IMG/VR virus record: IMGVR_UViG_3300020176_000010
Coordinates: 1-64,000 of that record
Length of the DNA stretch: 64,000 nucleotides
Source of the DNA: a virus
Direction: 5' to 3' (one strand)
Positions 37,354 to 47,452 of this stretch are shown here, in pieces (the first letter of the stretch is position 1; every line of letters begins with the position of its first letter). The position numbers were made by a program, and so were the translations under genes. Below the pieces are notes generated by a model that saw only the letters and a list, made by a program, of their open reading frames with translations, was not told the DNA's origin and searched no databases.

Positions 37354-38157
37354 TCACACAGCCACCGGCATGGGAACGAAATCCCGAGGCGTGTACCCGA
37401 CGATGCGGAAGTCGTCGATGGTGTACCCGTCGATGTCCGTGTTGTCCGTCAGGATCTCGAGCTGGGCTCTATCGCCCCACACGGGCCCGGCCTCCACAAC
37501 CTTGCGCATCTGCTCGACGTGGTTCAAGTAGATGTGCGCGTCGCCGTAGTTGAACACCAGGCGGCGCGGCTTTCGACCTGTGGCGCGAGCATAGAGATGT
37601 AGGAGTAGGGCGTACGCGCTTATGTTGAATGGAGCCCCAAGGGCGATGTCCCAGCTGCGCTGGTAGACCTGCATGTCGAGCCACTCGTCTCCGCCTGCGT
37701 AGCACTGGTGCCAGGCATGGCATGGGGGTAGGGCCATGTACGGAATCTCCGATACGTGCCACGCTGTTACGATGTGCCGCCTTCCATGCGGGTCTTTCTT
37801 GATGCCGTCGATCAGCCCGGCAACCTGATCAATCTCCTCTCCGCGCGGCCCGACAAAGCACCTCCAGACGGAGCCATAGACTGGCCCAAGGTCTCCACCC
37901 TTGTTGGCCCATGGAGTCCACAGCTTGCTTCCGCGATCCTCGAGCCACTTGACATTTGTCTGCCCAGCCAAGAAGAAAAGCATTTCAAGAAACGCTGTGC
38001 GCCACCGCGTCTCCTTTGCCGTCACCAGCGGGAAGCGATGGCGCAAATCCCACTCAATGCTGCCACCAAAGATGCTGAGCGTGCCGACGCCTGTGCGATC
38101 TTTCCGCTCCTCGCCGGTCATGAGGATATTCTGTGCGAGCTCAATGTAATTCTGCAT
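37354..38157 (-). CDS. thyA: Thymidylate synthase
   Basis: DRTGVGT, DLGPVYG, RRHIVTAW, MALPPCH, YQRSWD..LG.PFN, GDAHIY. Confidence 0.95.
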   Translation of the reverse strand: MQNYIELAQNILMTGEERKDRTGVGTLSIFGGSIEWDLRHRFPLVTAKETRWRTAFLEMLFFLAGQTNVKWLEDRGSKLWTPWANKGGDLGPVYGSVWRCFVGPRGEEIDQVAGLIDGIKKDPHGRRHIVTAWHVSEIPYMALPPCHAWHQCYAGGDEWLDMQVYQRSWDIALGAPFNISAYALLLHLYARATGRKPRRLVFNYGDAHIYLNHVEQMRKVVEAGPVWGDRAQLEILTDNTDIDGYTIDDFRIVGYTPRDFVPMPVAV

Positions 38158-38195
38158 ATCGTCCAATCAGCTGTTGTTGCAATAAATTCTATTCG

Positions 38196-38669
38196 TTAAT
38201 TGGCCATCGGCCTGGTTGGCTTGAACCATGCTGGGTCCATCCACCCCCCGCCACCGCCGGGAACGTCGGGGTGCACCTTGATAAGCACACCCGTGTACGA
38301 TACCTGCACCTTGCGCAGCTGCCCCGGCGGCGCCTTGCCGAGCTCGAAGTCTGGCTGGCGGTGTGTGACGGTGTGCTGCGTCACGCGGCCTGAGAACCTA
38401 GTGAACACCTCATCGCCAACAGCAATGGCCCGTGCAGCATCGCGGTTGCACCCCATCCACTGAGGGCTGTCGTCCCAGGCGCCAACAGCACCAGATGGCT
38501 TGTACATGACGACTCCTGCTGCCGACTGGATCCACAAGCGCCAGTGCTTTCGCTCGCCGGCGGCGGCAAGCTCGGCGGCCCTCTCGGAGCTTGGCGCAAC
38601 GATGGTCATGATGTCCCAGCCAGCCGCGCCGCTCCATGGGTGGCCAGCGTTGCGCTCTACGGTTATCAC
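38196..38669 (-). CDS. Hypothetical protein
   Basis: GTG start overlapping upstream stop; Trp-rich. Confidence 0.45.
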   Translation of the reverse strand: MITVERNAGHPWSGAAGWDIMTIVAPSSERAAELAAAGERKHWRLWIQSAAGVVMYKPSGAVGAWDDSPQWMGCNRDAARAIAVGDEVFTRFSGRVTQHTVTHRQPDFELGKAPPGQLRKVQVSYTGVLIKVHPDVPGGGGGWMDPAWFKPTRPMAN

Positions 38670-38878
38670 AGCCTGCCCTTGCTCTCTGCTGTCATGCGGC
38701 CCTTCACACTCTTTGGAATGACGGGCTTCTTCGACCAGCAGAGCGCGCCATCGTACCAAGGCATCACCGCCAGCCGGCCGCCCTCGGTGACGACCAGTAG
38801 CTCACCGCTTGGCGGCGGCTCGATGGCTGGGTCTTTCATGACCCAGTCCTTGTTCGTTGGGTGCTGTGGATCTGACAT
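38666..38878 (-). CDS. Hypothetical protein
   Basis: AGGAG RBS, 70 aa. Confidence 0.55.
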   Translation of the reverse strand: MSDPQHPTNKDWVMKDPAIEPPPSGELLVVTEGGRLAVMPWYDGALCWSKKPVIPKSVKGRMTAESKGRL

Positions 38879-38902
38879 TGTTTTAACTCCTTTTATTTAC
38901 AC

Positions 38903-39127
38903 TTATCGCTGGTTGTTGCTATTAGTTTTGACGTCCTTGAACGATCGCCTTGGGTAACCCTGGGCCGAGATTCGGCTCCAGATTTCATCCTTCTTGGTCC
39001 GGTCCAACTGGTTCCAGTTGGCCACCTCGAGGTAGTGCCTCCCGCAGGCGCGACAGTTCTCGTCATAGAGCGTCGTGCACACACCAACGCAAGGGCTGTC
39101 AGGACGCTCCGCATTCGATGTGGTCAC
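38903..39127 (-). CDS. DUF1289-like Cys-rich protein
   Basis: SPCVGVC.......C..CGR...EV..W. Confidence 0.7.
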   Translation of the reverse strand: MTTSNAERPDSPCVGVCTTLYDENCRACGRHYLEVANWNQLDRTKKDEIWSRISAQGYPRRSFKDVKTNSNNQR

Positions 39128-39345
39128 CGGGCTTCCCTTTTGCAGTATTCGCAGGAGATTACGCCAAAGCGCAGAGGGGCTCCGCAGCCTTCGCAACACG
39201 AGAAAATTCCACCTCGACGCAATGCGCCGCTGGTGGTGTCATTCCCTCTTTCTTGCGTATAACCCGCAATCACCCTCTTCACCTCGTGCGATTTAACAGC
39301 AGACACCGCTGCCGCTGCCGCTGCCGCAGTCGAAATGGCCGCCAT
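39124..39345 (-). CDS. Small zinc-finger protein
   Basis: CEGCGAPL.....CEYC. Confidence 0.5.
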   Translation of the reverse strand: MAAISTAAAAAAAVSAVKSHEVKRVIAGYTQERGNDTTSGALRRGGIFSCCEGCGAPLRFGVISCEYCKREAR

Positions 39346-39347
39346 GA

Positions 39348-39611
39348 TTATTGGCCTTCGCCATCTTCCGTCTTGCGCTCACGCATCTTGCGCGCGGCGA
39401 CGGCGCCACTGAGCACATCGTTCGCATACTCCAGGATGGCCATCGGCCGGTACTCCTGAGTCTCGCCGCCGTCAGCGTCTGGGGGCATGCGCTTTATTGG
39501 CAGCGGGAAGCCTTTGCGCTCCCAGTCTGGCTCGTGGCGAACGGTGATTGTCCGTTGCTCGATCAGTGCCTCTGTCGCCTGTCGCGCGAGCGTTTGAATG
39601 TCTGCTGTCAT
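39348..39611 (-). CDS. Hypothetical protein
   Basis: 87 aa in tightly coupled early operon. Confidence 0.55.
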   Translation of the reverse strand: MTADIQTLARQATEALIEQRTITVRHEPDWERKGFPLPIKRMPPDADGGETQEYRPMAILEYANDVLSGAVAARKMRERKTEDGEGQ

Positions 39612-39820
39612 GCTGCTGGATCCTTCCCCGTTGAATGAATGATCGGCACCAGGGTGCCTTTGTCCGTCAGTTGGCTACCCCACTCGTGCGCATAACCATG
39701 CTTGATGAGCCCCTTCGCGATGCGGTCGACAGACCCTCGCCTCAGGCTCAGCCGCTCCGCCAGCTCTGCGCGCGTGGCAGGCAGTGCCGCCTGCGCCTTG
39801 CTTATGGTCTCTGGAGTCAT
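39608..39820 (-). CDS. Small winged-HTH protein
   Basis: PATRAELAERLSL...V......LIKHGY. Confidence 0.55.
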   Translation of the reverse strand: MTPETISKAQAALPATRAELAERLSLRRGSVDRIAKGLIKHGYAHEWGSQLTDKGTLVPIIHSTGKDPAA

Positions 39821-40044
39821 GTATTTTCTCCAAGCCTTGCTTTGGCTGCGGCAACTGCCGCCGACCGCTTGATGACAAAGGCTTCCGGCTTCCAGGCGAA
39901 GGTGGCATCTGTGTGCGGAGAGGACTGCTCAAGAGCATCCAGAAGCTGCCGAATCAGCGCATCGTCCTGCTTGCGCGCAGCCTCAAGAATTGCGATTGAC
40001 TGGTACGCAAAAGCTAATTTTCCGGTCGGTTTACCCAGCGCCAT
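39817..40044 (-). CDS. Hypothetical protein
   Basis: GGAGG RBS, 75 aa. Confidence 0.5.
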   Translation of the reverse strand: MALGKPTGKLAFAYQSIAILEAARKQDDALIRQLLDALEQSSPHTDATFAWKPEAFVIKRSAAVAAAKARLGENT

Positions 40045-40219
40045 GCTGGCCTCCTACCGGCCTGATGGATAAGCATTGCCCCGCATCTGTGTTCTTGTAA
40101 GCAGCCCACCATTTGTTGGCGCAGTCATTGCAGAAGGTTGCCGACTGAGGTCCCTTGCTTGTGGGCCATTTAAAATTCTGAGTTGCCAGCTTTTCGCACT
40201 GGCTGCATTTTTCATCCAT
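40031..40219 (-). CDS. Small zinc-finger protein
   Basis: CSQC...FCNDC; GGAGG RBS. Confidence 0.5.
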   Translation of the reverse strand: MDEKCSQCEKLATQNFKWPTSKGPQSATFCNDCANKWWAAYKNTDAGQCLSIRPVGGQHGAG

Positions 40220-40775
40220 GCTGACCTCCTTTGATGCCGTGTTCGGCTTCTGTTGTGCGAAGCAGCCGCAGCATGTCGTCCTTTTCTTGATCGTCTAGCG
40301 ACCACCCCATGGAGTCGATGAGCGCATATGCCTTGCAATCCGGCAGCGGCTCCCTCGCAGCTGGCTGCGTGACGCCCCGAACAAAGGCCATCGCATCCAA
40401 GATGGCGGAGTAGGCATCTGGGTGTTGCGACTCGTCAATAAAGCCGCTGCCCTCAAGGATCTTTGAGAGGTTGTGTAGACTCCAGTAGAGGTCTTCGCTT
40501 GACTCCCGTGCAACTGGCTGACTTGCCATCAACCTTGCGTTCTCATTCTCCAGCCGCGCAATCTCTGTTCGCAGCAAACAATAGCCGCTCATGTCTTCAT
40601 GGGGGTGGCTGCGGGTGCAATCTGCTGGCTGTGATGCGCCCCACTTTTCGAGGGCTGCGCGGGCGAATTCCACTTCACCCTCAAACCAAACTTCACCTGA
40701 GCTGAATTGTGCAAAGGCTTTTAAGTGTTGTTGCGCCAGCGCCAGAATCTCCGCATCGCTCGGTGTGTTGCTCAT
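40212..40775 (-). CDS. Mosaic hypothetical protein
   Basis: 187 aa; CTRSHPHE module; QP.AREP-type linkers. Confidence 0.6.
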   Translation of the reverse strand: MSNTPSDAEILALAQQHLKAFAQFSSGEVWFEGEVEFARAALEKWGASQPADCTRSHPHEDMSGYCLLRTEIARLENENARLMASQPVARESSEDLYWSLHNLSKILEGSGFIDESQHPDAYSAILDAMAFVRGVTQPAAREPLPDCKAYALIDSMGWSLDDQEKDDMLRLLRTTEAEHGIKGGQHG

Positions 40776-41281
40776 GGTGTGTCTCCTGTGTGTAAAGGAG
40801 AGTATGGAGAGTATTCACCTTTTATCCTTATGGATGCCTCCCTGTAGCGCTCCCACGCGGCTTCCGGTGTTTTGAACGTTCCCAAGTGAATCACCTTTCT
40901 GCAGTGACTAATAGTGGCTTTGTATTTGCCATTAGCCAACCTAGAAACTCCGCGAAAACCACTTTGGCTTTTTGTCTTCACAATGTTTGCACTGTTCTGG
41001 CTGCAATTTGAAGGCCTCAAGTTGCAAATGCGGTTATCCAGCCTGTTTCTATTTATGTGGTCTAAAAACATGGGTGGCTTCTCCCCATAAAAAATCATCC
41101 ACGCGACACGATGTACTAAATAGGTTTTCCCATGGCATATGACCTTTCTGTATCCGTGTCGATCGAAGCTGCCAGCGACTATTCCCTTTTTGTTGTGGCC
41201 TCGCTGAATACGCCATCTAAGCTCGCCACTTTCAGGGTCGTAAACAAAGCAGGAGCGCAAGAGTTCAATCTCGTCCGTCAT
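40772..41281 (-). CDS. HNH-AP2 homing endonuclease
   Basis: YDPESG.L.W...HRVAW...[16 protein letters not shown]...SGFRGV...HLGTF; AT-rich relative to flanks. Confidence 0.85.
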   Translation of the reverse strand: MTDEIELLRSCFVYDPESGELRWRIQRGHNKKGIVAGSFDRHGYRKVICHGKTYLVHRVAWMIFYGEKPPMFLDHINRNRLDNRICNLRPSNCSQNSANIVKTKSQSGFRGVSRLANGKYKATISHCRKVIHLGTFKTPEAAWERYREASIRIKGEYSPYSPLHTGDTP

Positions 41282-42654
41282 ATTCCTCCCTGTGCGGCTA
41301 GAGCTGCGTCGATGGCAGCATCCCATTCGCACCCGCACAAATTCACAGCAACGTACCATGCTGCGCCGTGTTTTGCGTCATTACCTTCGCGCAGCCACCG
41401 ATACCGCGCAGCATCCTTCGCGTCATCACTCAGCGGCTCAGGCGCTCGCTGGGGTGCTGCTTGTTGTTTACCGATGGCTTCAGCGGCCATAACCGCAGCT
41501 TTGATCGTTGCGTTTACACAGATCAAGTCGTGAAAACGCTGAATTGCTGCGTGTAGGTCTCCGACCCTGCTAGCAGGGCCAATGAGACCAACGCTTTCCG
41601 CAAGCTCCATCGTCTTTTTGACAACGGTAGTAGGCTCCTGCGCCTCCTGCTGGGGTGCTGCCTCAGCTTCCATCAAAGCCCTTTTGAGCAGCGCAATCTC
41701 TGCCTCGCGGGATGCCAAAACACCACGCACAGAAAGCAGCATTGCGCTCAGGGATGCCTTTTCATCGTGTGCCCAACGAGCGGCTTGAACAAACTTGCGC
41801 ACAGCCTCACCGCTGACAGTCTTGCCACTCAAAAAGTCTGCGGCAGTCTTGTGGTCAAAGCCGCTATTCCCCACCCCTGGCGCTGCCTCGGGTGCGGCTT
41901 GCTGCTCTGCTTGTGTGTGTAATGCTGCACAAAGCTGCATACCGTTCACCGCCTCAATTGCGGCAGCCCACACGGTTCGAGGATCGGGGTTCCCCTTGTA
42001 CGGGCACCAATCGTCAAACATTTGCTGTTCTTCAAGTGGCGAGATAGTCAACGGCTCCCCTGGCGCTGCCTTGGGGGCGGCTTGCTCCATGCGCAGTGCA
42101 TGGGTGCGGTCTGTGAAGTTGCGGGCTTGTTCGGTGGTGTAAAGCGTGCGCTTTGGGTGCATCGACGCATGGAATGACTGGTGCGATGGCTCCACCCGCC
42201 ACCCAACGATTGCGTCTCCGTGTTCGCATGCTTTGAGCTCCGCAATCTGGTGGGTAGTTGGCTCAGGCAGCTCCGCATAAACCGCGCCGGATTCGGATGT
42301 GATAGCTGACTTCTCTGCCTGCGCCACCTCGACAAGCTCCAGCGCTGCGGCCGGGTATATCTGAACGGAGCCGCGCTCCGTGTTGCTCTCCACTGCATAA
42401 CCTTCAGGTGCGAGGGCGGTGGAGTACGTGCCAACGACGCGCCCTGTCCACTGGCTGCCCTTGACCTTGGTGACCAGGACGCCAACTTTGAACTTGGCTG
42501 CTGGCGCTGCGCTGAGCGCATGCACACCGCTCAATGCCTTGATCACTGCCTTGCGCGCCGCCTCGGTCTTGGCGTTGTAGGTCGCGCATCCGCAGCGGTG
42601 CCGCGTCTCTGCGTATTCGTCGATCAGCTCGATCAGCGTCTTGGTGTTGCTCAT
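41278..42654 (-). CDS. Mosaic early protein containing a DfrB/R67 dihydrofolate reductase-like SH3 domain
   Basis: [53 protein letters not shown] closely resembles R67 DHFR; C-terminal DAARYRWLR...DAAIDAA module. Confidence 0.8.
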   Translation of the reverse strand: MSNTKTLIELIDEYAETRHRCGCATYNAKTEAARKAVIKALSGVHALSAAPAAKFKVGVLVTKVKGSQWTGRVVGTYSTALAPEGYAVESNTERGSVQIYPAAALELVEVAQAEKSAITSESGAVYAELPEPTTHQIAELKACEHGDAIVGWRVEPSHQSFHASMHPKRTLYTTEQARNFTDRTHALRMEQAAPKAAPGEPLTISPLEEQQMFDDWCPYKGNPDPRTVWAAAIEAVNGMQLCAALHTQAEQQAAPEAAPGVGNSGFDHKTAADFLSGKTVSGEAVRKFVQAARWAHDEKASLSAMLLSVRGVLASREAEIALLKRALMEAEAAPQQEAQEPTTVVKKTMELAESVGLIGPASRVGDLHAAIQRFHDLICVNATIKAAVMAAEAIGKQQAAPQRAPEPLSDDAKDAARYRWLREGNDAKHGAAWYVAVNLCGCEWDAAIDAALAAQGGI

Positions 42655-42932
42655 TGCAAGCCGCCTTCCGTATCGTCCGCCGGAAGGCGCTTCACTGAAA
42701 TCGCGCCACCAAGCTCCTCGGCCGGTATGAACTCACCGGACTCGAGGGCGACCCCGGGGCGAAACGCAGGCGCCTTAGCGCCAACGCGCTCGAGTGATTC
42801 GATAGCCGGTCCAAGCAGGCCCTCCGCAATGCGTTTGGCGCTTGCTGTGTCGCGCACCTGTCCGCCGATCATTTGCGCATACAGGTGCCGCAGGTTTGCG
42901 ACAGCTGCGCTGCTTGTTGTGGCATTAGCCAT
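42651..42932 (-). CDS. Hypothetical protein
   Basis: 93 aa, coupled operon. Confidence 0.55.
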   Translation of the reverse strand: MANATTSSAAVANLRHLYAQMIGGQVRDTASAKRIAEGLLGPAIESLERVGAKAPAFRPGVALESGEFIPAEELGGAISVKRLPADDTEGGLQ

Positions 42933-43167
42933 TCTTCTTCTCCTTGCTTGCGCCCGTGGCGCTCAATGCGAATACATAGTTGCTGTGGCTGTCTATGCCT
43001 GACGGCCGAAGGGTTCCGTCGGTCGCCAGGCGCTTTGCCTCACTCTGGTCGACGGGTAGCTGCTCGCTGTTTTTGACCAGGAAGAAGGTCTGGCTGCGCG
43101 CCCCGAACTTGAGCACGCCGCCATCGCGCAGCGCTGGCAGGATCTTGATGCTGCCTGCCGTCATCAC
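42925..43167 (-). CDS. Hypothetical protein
   Basis: 80 aa, coupled operon. Confidence 0.5.
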   Translation of the reverse strand: MMTAGSIKILPALRDGGVLKFGARSQTFFLVKNSEQLPVDQSEAKRLATDGTLRPSGIDSHSNYVFALSATGASKEKKNG

Positions 43168-43565
43168 ACGCCACCCAGCGATGCGATGAGCTTTTCAACC
43201 CTCTCACCCACGTTGTCACGCATGTACGCGAACAGCGCTCGGTTTTGCTCAGCCAGCTTGCGCACCTCTCCGGTCAGCTCTTCAATGCGCTCCTCGAGAA
43301 CATCCAGGCATTGCGGAGAATGCTCCTGCTGCCGCTGTGGATTTTCGTTCTCGCGCTTCTGGAGCGCTGCACGGATTGCATTTCGCGCAGCCTCTGGCTC
43401 GTACAGCCGCATGAGACCCCGGCCATACGGAACTGAGTGCACCGGCGCAATGCCAGCCTCGTCGAGAATCTTGTTTGCCTGCGCGTTGAATATGCCGAAC
43501 TCCCTGGCGAGCTGCCCTGGGTTCATGAGGTCTGTCGTCTTTGTGCTGCTTGCCGCCTGGTTCAT
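43164..43565 (-). CDS. MerR/HTH-like protein with coiled coil
   Basis: MNPGQLAREFGI....N..L...GI...RLYEPE; C-terminal heptads. Confidence 0.5.
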   Translation of the reverse strand: MNQAASSTKTTDLMNPGQLAREFGIFNAQANKILDEAGIAPVHSVPYGRGLMRLYEPEAARNAIRAALQKRENENPQRQQEHSPQCLDVLEERIEELTGEVRKLAEQNRALFAYMRDNVGERVEKLIASLGGV

Positions 43566-43584
43566 TTAAATCTCCCGCATGCAA

Positions 43585-43869
43585 TCAGATGTCCGTAGCG
43601 TGCGAGCGGTGAAGGCGGTGACCTTCCTTGAACTCGCAGCATGCAGGGAACTGCCGGCCGGTGAATTGGTTGTGAGACACGCACCCGTGGATCGTATTGC
43701 AGGATGGGCAGCACCATGTTCCGCCAACGAGGCGCGAATCCAGGCACTCGTAGGTGTGCACTCGGTTGTGTGCCAGGGCAGTCTTGAAAGACTTGCGCTT
43801 GGCCGCGGCACGGCGCCATTTGTGCCATGCTGCCGTGATGAAAAGAATCGGGATGTCCAGCAATTTCAA
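43585..43869 (-). CDS. Hypothetical Cys/His-rich protein
   Basis: AGGAG RBS downstream of predicted promoter; CPSC, CCEF..GH. Confidence 0.45.
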   Translation of the reverse strand: MKLLDIPILFITAAWHKWRRAAAKRKSFKTALAHNRVHTYECLDSRLVGGTWCCPSCNTIHGCVSHNQFTGRQFPACCEFKEGHRLHRSHATDI

Positions 43870-43890
43870 CTCCTTGTTGTTGATGATTCA

Positions 43891-43919
43891 ATTATAGGAG
43901 GAAATGTTGGCATCGCAAC
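43891..43919 (-). promoter_or_regulatory. Leftward promoter with GTTG-N6-CAAC operator
   Basis: Perfect TATAAT on minus strand; GTTGgcatcgCAAC. Confidence 0.65.
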
Positions 43920-43942
43920 AGAAAGTGTGTGCGGCAGGCAAC

Positions 43943-43966
43943 AAAAAGCCCGGACTTGCCGGGCTT
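43943..43966 (-). terminator. Intrinsic terminator
   Basis: AAGCCCGG-acttg-CCGGGCTT hairpin followed by T-run on minus strand. Confidence 0.7.
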
Positions 43967-44096
43967 AGTGTCTTTGACGTAGTTTGTGCTGCAGTATTAA
44001 CGATTCATAGGCATTGCTCCTTGGGGTGCTGATGATGGTCGCTTCAAATAAAGAAGCTCCATTCTCTACAGCTCAAGACCCGTGTCAATAGGGGTT

Positions 44097-44249
44097 GATG
44101 GCGGCCGGCGCTGAACTCCGGCATCTCTTAGACGAACGGCCCATTTGGGCCATACCCGGGCCAGTTTCCGGGATCTCCCCATGCGGGGAATCTTTACTGG
44201 AGAAGCCCTTTTGTATCAGGGGCGCATCAGCCTGCGGATTCACCATCAT
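44097..44249 (-). ncRNA. C4-antisense-like / tRNA-like structured RNA
   Basis: Minus strand TGATGGTGAATCCGCAGGCTGATGCGC...GCCGGAGTTCAGCGCCGGCCGCCATCA with closing stem and several internal hairpins; recalled similarity to phage C4 RNA motif. Confidence 0.55.
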
Positions 44250-44880
44250 TGAAGCGGGCCGGACGGCCATTCCCGGCTATGACACTGTTTGACGTGCCTC
44301 ACAAGCCATGCCTCCCGCGCTTTCGCGCCGCCTGGAGCATGAACTCCAATTCTTCCCCGGGTATCGACTACCGGCTTCTCGGCTGTTTTGCGACCCCGTT
44401 GCAGGTTTCCCGCACTTCGTCGCGTCCGCTTCAATGATGGCCCTCGTCTTTCCGAGGCGTCTCCTGCCGCGAGTGCACCAGCCGAAGCCGAGGCGTCGCT
44501 AAGTTGCAAGCATCGTGGTCAGGACACCACCAGCGTCACAGGTGCAACTCCCGCTGACCGTTATCCACTCTATGTTTCAGGTCAGAAAGCCAAACCCCTT
44601 TCGGGTTGTGGAGGCTGGATTCACCATCGTGGCGGAGCACTGCCCGACGGGTTGCAAGCAGGCCAGGCTGCAAGAACCCACAATGCTCCGACACGATGGC
44701 TCTGCTTTCGCAGAAATCGTGGCGGTGTTTTTCAATCCACCGCTGCCCCAGATGCTTGGGCCTTATCGCCGTGCTCGCCCGTTTTCTGGCACTTCGTCTT
44801 CGGTACTCGCCGAGCTTTCCCTACTGGCTTCGCCATACTTCCACGACGGTCCGCACTCTTTTGCGCTCCGCCGCCAGTTA
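44244..44880 (-). ncRNA. Further structured non-coding units
   Basis: Inverted repeats CATCATTGAAGCGG/CCGCTTCAATGATG and CCATCGTGGCGGAGCA/TGCTCCGACACGATGG; no convincing ORF. Confidence 0.4.
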
Positions 44881-45507
44881 GGCGGCAATGCGATCATCAC
44901 TCATCCTTGGCATGTGAGCGTGGTAGTTGCTCAGTATTGCCAGCTCGTTTGCATAGAAGCTCCTACGCCTCTCTACAAAGATGCCCTCATCGTGGTTTGA
45001 CAAGCGGCCGGATTTTCCACTTACTCCAATAATGTCTATCAGCTTCGACTCAAGCATCAATGCTTCGAGCTCTGTGAGCCCATCCCTCATGATGACGGGC
45101 ACAACCCTGTGGCCAGAATCCTGAATTCTCTGCTTCACCTTTCTGTGGAGGCCATTTCTGTTCATGTTGAGCGCCCTATCTCCAGCCCCCTTGCCTATGT
45201 AAAATGGGTTGAACTCGGCCCCAAGCGATGCCAAGAATGTTGAAACTGGGTGCGCTCCTGCACGTATCGGCTTCGATGAATCGCAGTGTGCATACACGTA
45301 GAACTTACGCTCATCTGATAGTCGAACGGACTCGTATATCGAGCTGATGTCACAGTCCCAGATTGCGTTCGCAGCCTCAAACTTCCTCTTGTAGTCTTTA
45401 TTCTTGCTTACCGGGCGAAGACATCCGGCCGCAGATTTCAGCTGGTTAATTGCCCGCACGATTGAGTCCAGGTCATCAAGGTCTACTGAGAAATTCTTGA
45501 TCTTCAT
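44878..45507 (-). CDS. GIY-YIG-like endonuclease
   Basis: FYVYAH...PFYIGKGAGDRA...H...LTE.EAL.LE..LI...G...L.N; AT-rich. Confidence 0.75.
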   Translation of the reverse strand: MKIKNFSVDLDDLDSIVRAINQLKSAAGCLRPVSKNKDYKRKFEAANAIWDCDISSIYESVRLSDERKFYVYAHCDSSKPIRAGAHPVSTFLASLGAEFNPFYIGKGAGDRALNMNRNGLHRKVKQRIQDSGHRVVPVIMRDGLTELEALMLESKLIDIIGVSGKSGRLSNHDEGIFVERRRSFYANELAILSNYHAHMPRMSDDRIAA

Positions 45508-45879
45508 GCTGCTACTTCGATCACGGAATCGGGCTCTCGCGAACCGGATTTCGTGATGCACATCTTGCGATGTGCGCCACGGCTGCCGACGCATGTAGGG
45601 ATGCAGCGCTCCCCAGGAGATCCCCACCTCTCGGTGGCCGGATGCGTCTACCGGTGTGGACTGATCAAAGTATAGCCGCAGCTGCAACAAAAAACGCGCC
45701 AGCAAAACATTTTTATGTGAACTTGTTGCAAAGACGCACTGCCGTCGCAGCCATTTGGCTCGAGCTCTCGACAAGCGGCCAGCCGTCGGTGCATGCGCCG
45801 CGGCAACAAGGATCACTCAGCGCAGCCGAATTGCCCAGCCAATCCGCACACCCGTGGCCATAATACAACACAACAAACC

Positions 45880-45909
45880 GTTGGCGCGGCAACAATTACA
45901 AAATACAAT
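45880..45909 (+). promoter_or_regulatory. Rightward early promoter with GTTG-N6-CAAC operator
   Basis: TTGGCG-N17-TACAAT, overlapped by GTTGgcgcggCAAC. Confidence 0.65.
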
Positions 45910-45956
45910 GCCTACTGCGCTGCAGGCGTGCAGTGCATTTGCAACAAGGAGTATTC

Positions 45957-46319
45957 ATGACATTTGTAAACATCCACGGCCAGCCGATCGACATCGCAGC
46001 GCTGGTCACCAAGAAGACCTCCAAGGTGAAGATGCCAACTGTCTCCGTGCACAAGGGCTTCCAGCCCATGGGCTACAGCCAGGAGCAGATCTCCGAAGCC
46101 CGCCGCAAGCACGAGTCCGACAGCCGGCTCGAGATGCAGGCCGGTCGCCCGCCGCTGGAGCCATTCTCGCTCGATGGGTTCCTGCGCAAGGCAAGGCCGA
46201 AGAAAATCGGCAAGCCGCTCTCTTCACACGACGCAGCAAGCGTGGCCGCAAGCCTTGCCGAAAAAGGCGGATGGGTGAAGGTCCATGTTGTTGAGCTGAA
46301 GAAGGGTGGAGCAGCATGA
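45957..46319 (+). CDS. Hypothetical protein
   Basis: AAGGAG RBS, first gene after promoter. Confidence 0.65.
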   Translation: MTFVNIHGQPIDIAALVTKKTSKVKMPTVSVHKGFQPMGYSQEQISEARRKHESDSRLEMQAGRPPLEPFSLDGFLRKARPKKIGKPLSSHDAASVAASLAEKGGWVKVHVVELKKGGAA

Positions 46320-47437
46320 CACTCACACCAAAGGGACAGATCGACCGCGCCGGCCGCGTCAGCTTCGGTGATGCGAGCCTTGACGTGTGGGAGGACACCA
46401 TGCCACCCCTGTCGGGCCTCGATGCCCACAAAAAGCGCGACGCATGGGAGGCCGCATTCAAGCGGCAGGTCTTCGCCCGCATCATCCAGCAGCTGAACCG
46501 CATCGGCTGGACAGTCCAGAAGCCGCCAGTCAACCCGCACGACGTGAAGCACTACGGCGGACGGGTGGCTCGGTGGGCTGCAGAGCGGCATCGCAACTGC
46601 AGCAAGGGCGACCTAACAGGCGAGCTGAAGATCAGTGGCCGCTCCATCAATTTCCAGATGTGGCAGGGCGTCAACACCCCCACCCGCCCAGACCACGGTG
46701 GTCGCTACGAAAGCGACCTCGAAGGCTGCATGCCTTACGTGCTGCGCCTGGAGATGGAGCGCACGCGCCGCCGCATCCGCGACTACCTGTGCGCGGTTTT
46801 CGCTGGCTACACTTTTGATAGCAAGCGCCGCACCATCTACAGGCGCCCGCTACAGTTCACAGCCATGGACTTGATCGAGCAGAGCTACGCAAAGAGCTGC
46901 CACTTCAAGGGGGACATGGCCGACTACCTCAAGCGGAACGGATACACCGAGCTGCCCAGCTACAACTGCACCAGCCGCGACGGACATCGGATCCAGCACG
47001 GCCAGCGCGTCTGGTTTCAGGATTACAACGGCCGCATCTGCGAGGGCATCGCCTACTACAACATCAACAACATGTGGTGGGTGGTCACTGGACGCTACGA
47101 CCGGCGCAACATCGGCACGAGCGACATCTGGGTGAAGTGCCCAGAAAACCCGCGCGTCAAACGCAACGAGCGCCAGCGCCGCAAGCGCCTGGAGGGCCTG
47201 CTGGCCGACGCCGTGAAGGCCATGGACTTCGACCGCGCGAAGGTGCTCAAGCGCATCCTTTGGCCTGAGCCCGAGCCACTGTTCCACATCATGAAGGGCG
47301 ACGCCTACTTTGCGCCGAACTACTGCGGCTACCGCAGCAGCCCGATCGACGCCGGCAAGTACACCAAGGCTGAGCTGCGCCCCTACCAGGACCAGATACA
47401 GCGCGGCACCCTGCGCGCCATCCCTGCCTCAGAATAA
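46316..47437 (+). CDS. Conserved hypothetical phage protein
   Basis: 373 aa, strong GC3 bias; YYNINNMWWV and YFAPNYCGY motifs. Confidence 0.75.
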   Translation: MTLTPKGQIDRAGRVSFGDASLDVWEDTMPPLSGLDAHKKRDAWEAAFKRQVFARIIQQLNRIGWTVQKPPVNPHDVKHYGGRVARWAAERHRNCSKGDLTGELKISGRSINFQMWQGVNTPTRPDHGGRYESDLEGCMPYVLRLEMERTRRRIRDYLCAVFAGYTFDSKRRTIYRRPLQFTAMDLIEQSYAKSCHFKGDMADYLKRNGYTELPSYNCTSRDGHRIQHGQRVWFQDYNGRICEGIAYYNINNMWWVVTGRYDRRNIGTSDIWVKCPENPRVKRNERQRRKRLEGLLADAVKAMDFDRAKVLKRILWPEPEPLFHIMKGDAYFAPNYCGYRSSPIDAGKYTKAELRPYQDQIQRGTLRAIPASE

Positions 47438-47452
47438 CCAACGAGGAATCAC

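Noticed and set aside
37354-38157. dCMP hydroxymethylase instead of ThyA
   Set aside because: Retains the PFN Asn that specifies dUMP and otherwise canonical ThyA motifs
44097-44249. Canonical tRNA gene
   Set aside because: Has a T-arm-like end but too many arms, no standard anticodon arm and no TTCGA loop
44040-45700. Group I intron around the GIY-YIG gene
   Set aside because: No interrupted host gene and no convincing P7/R-S core motifs seen
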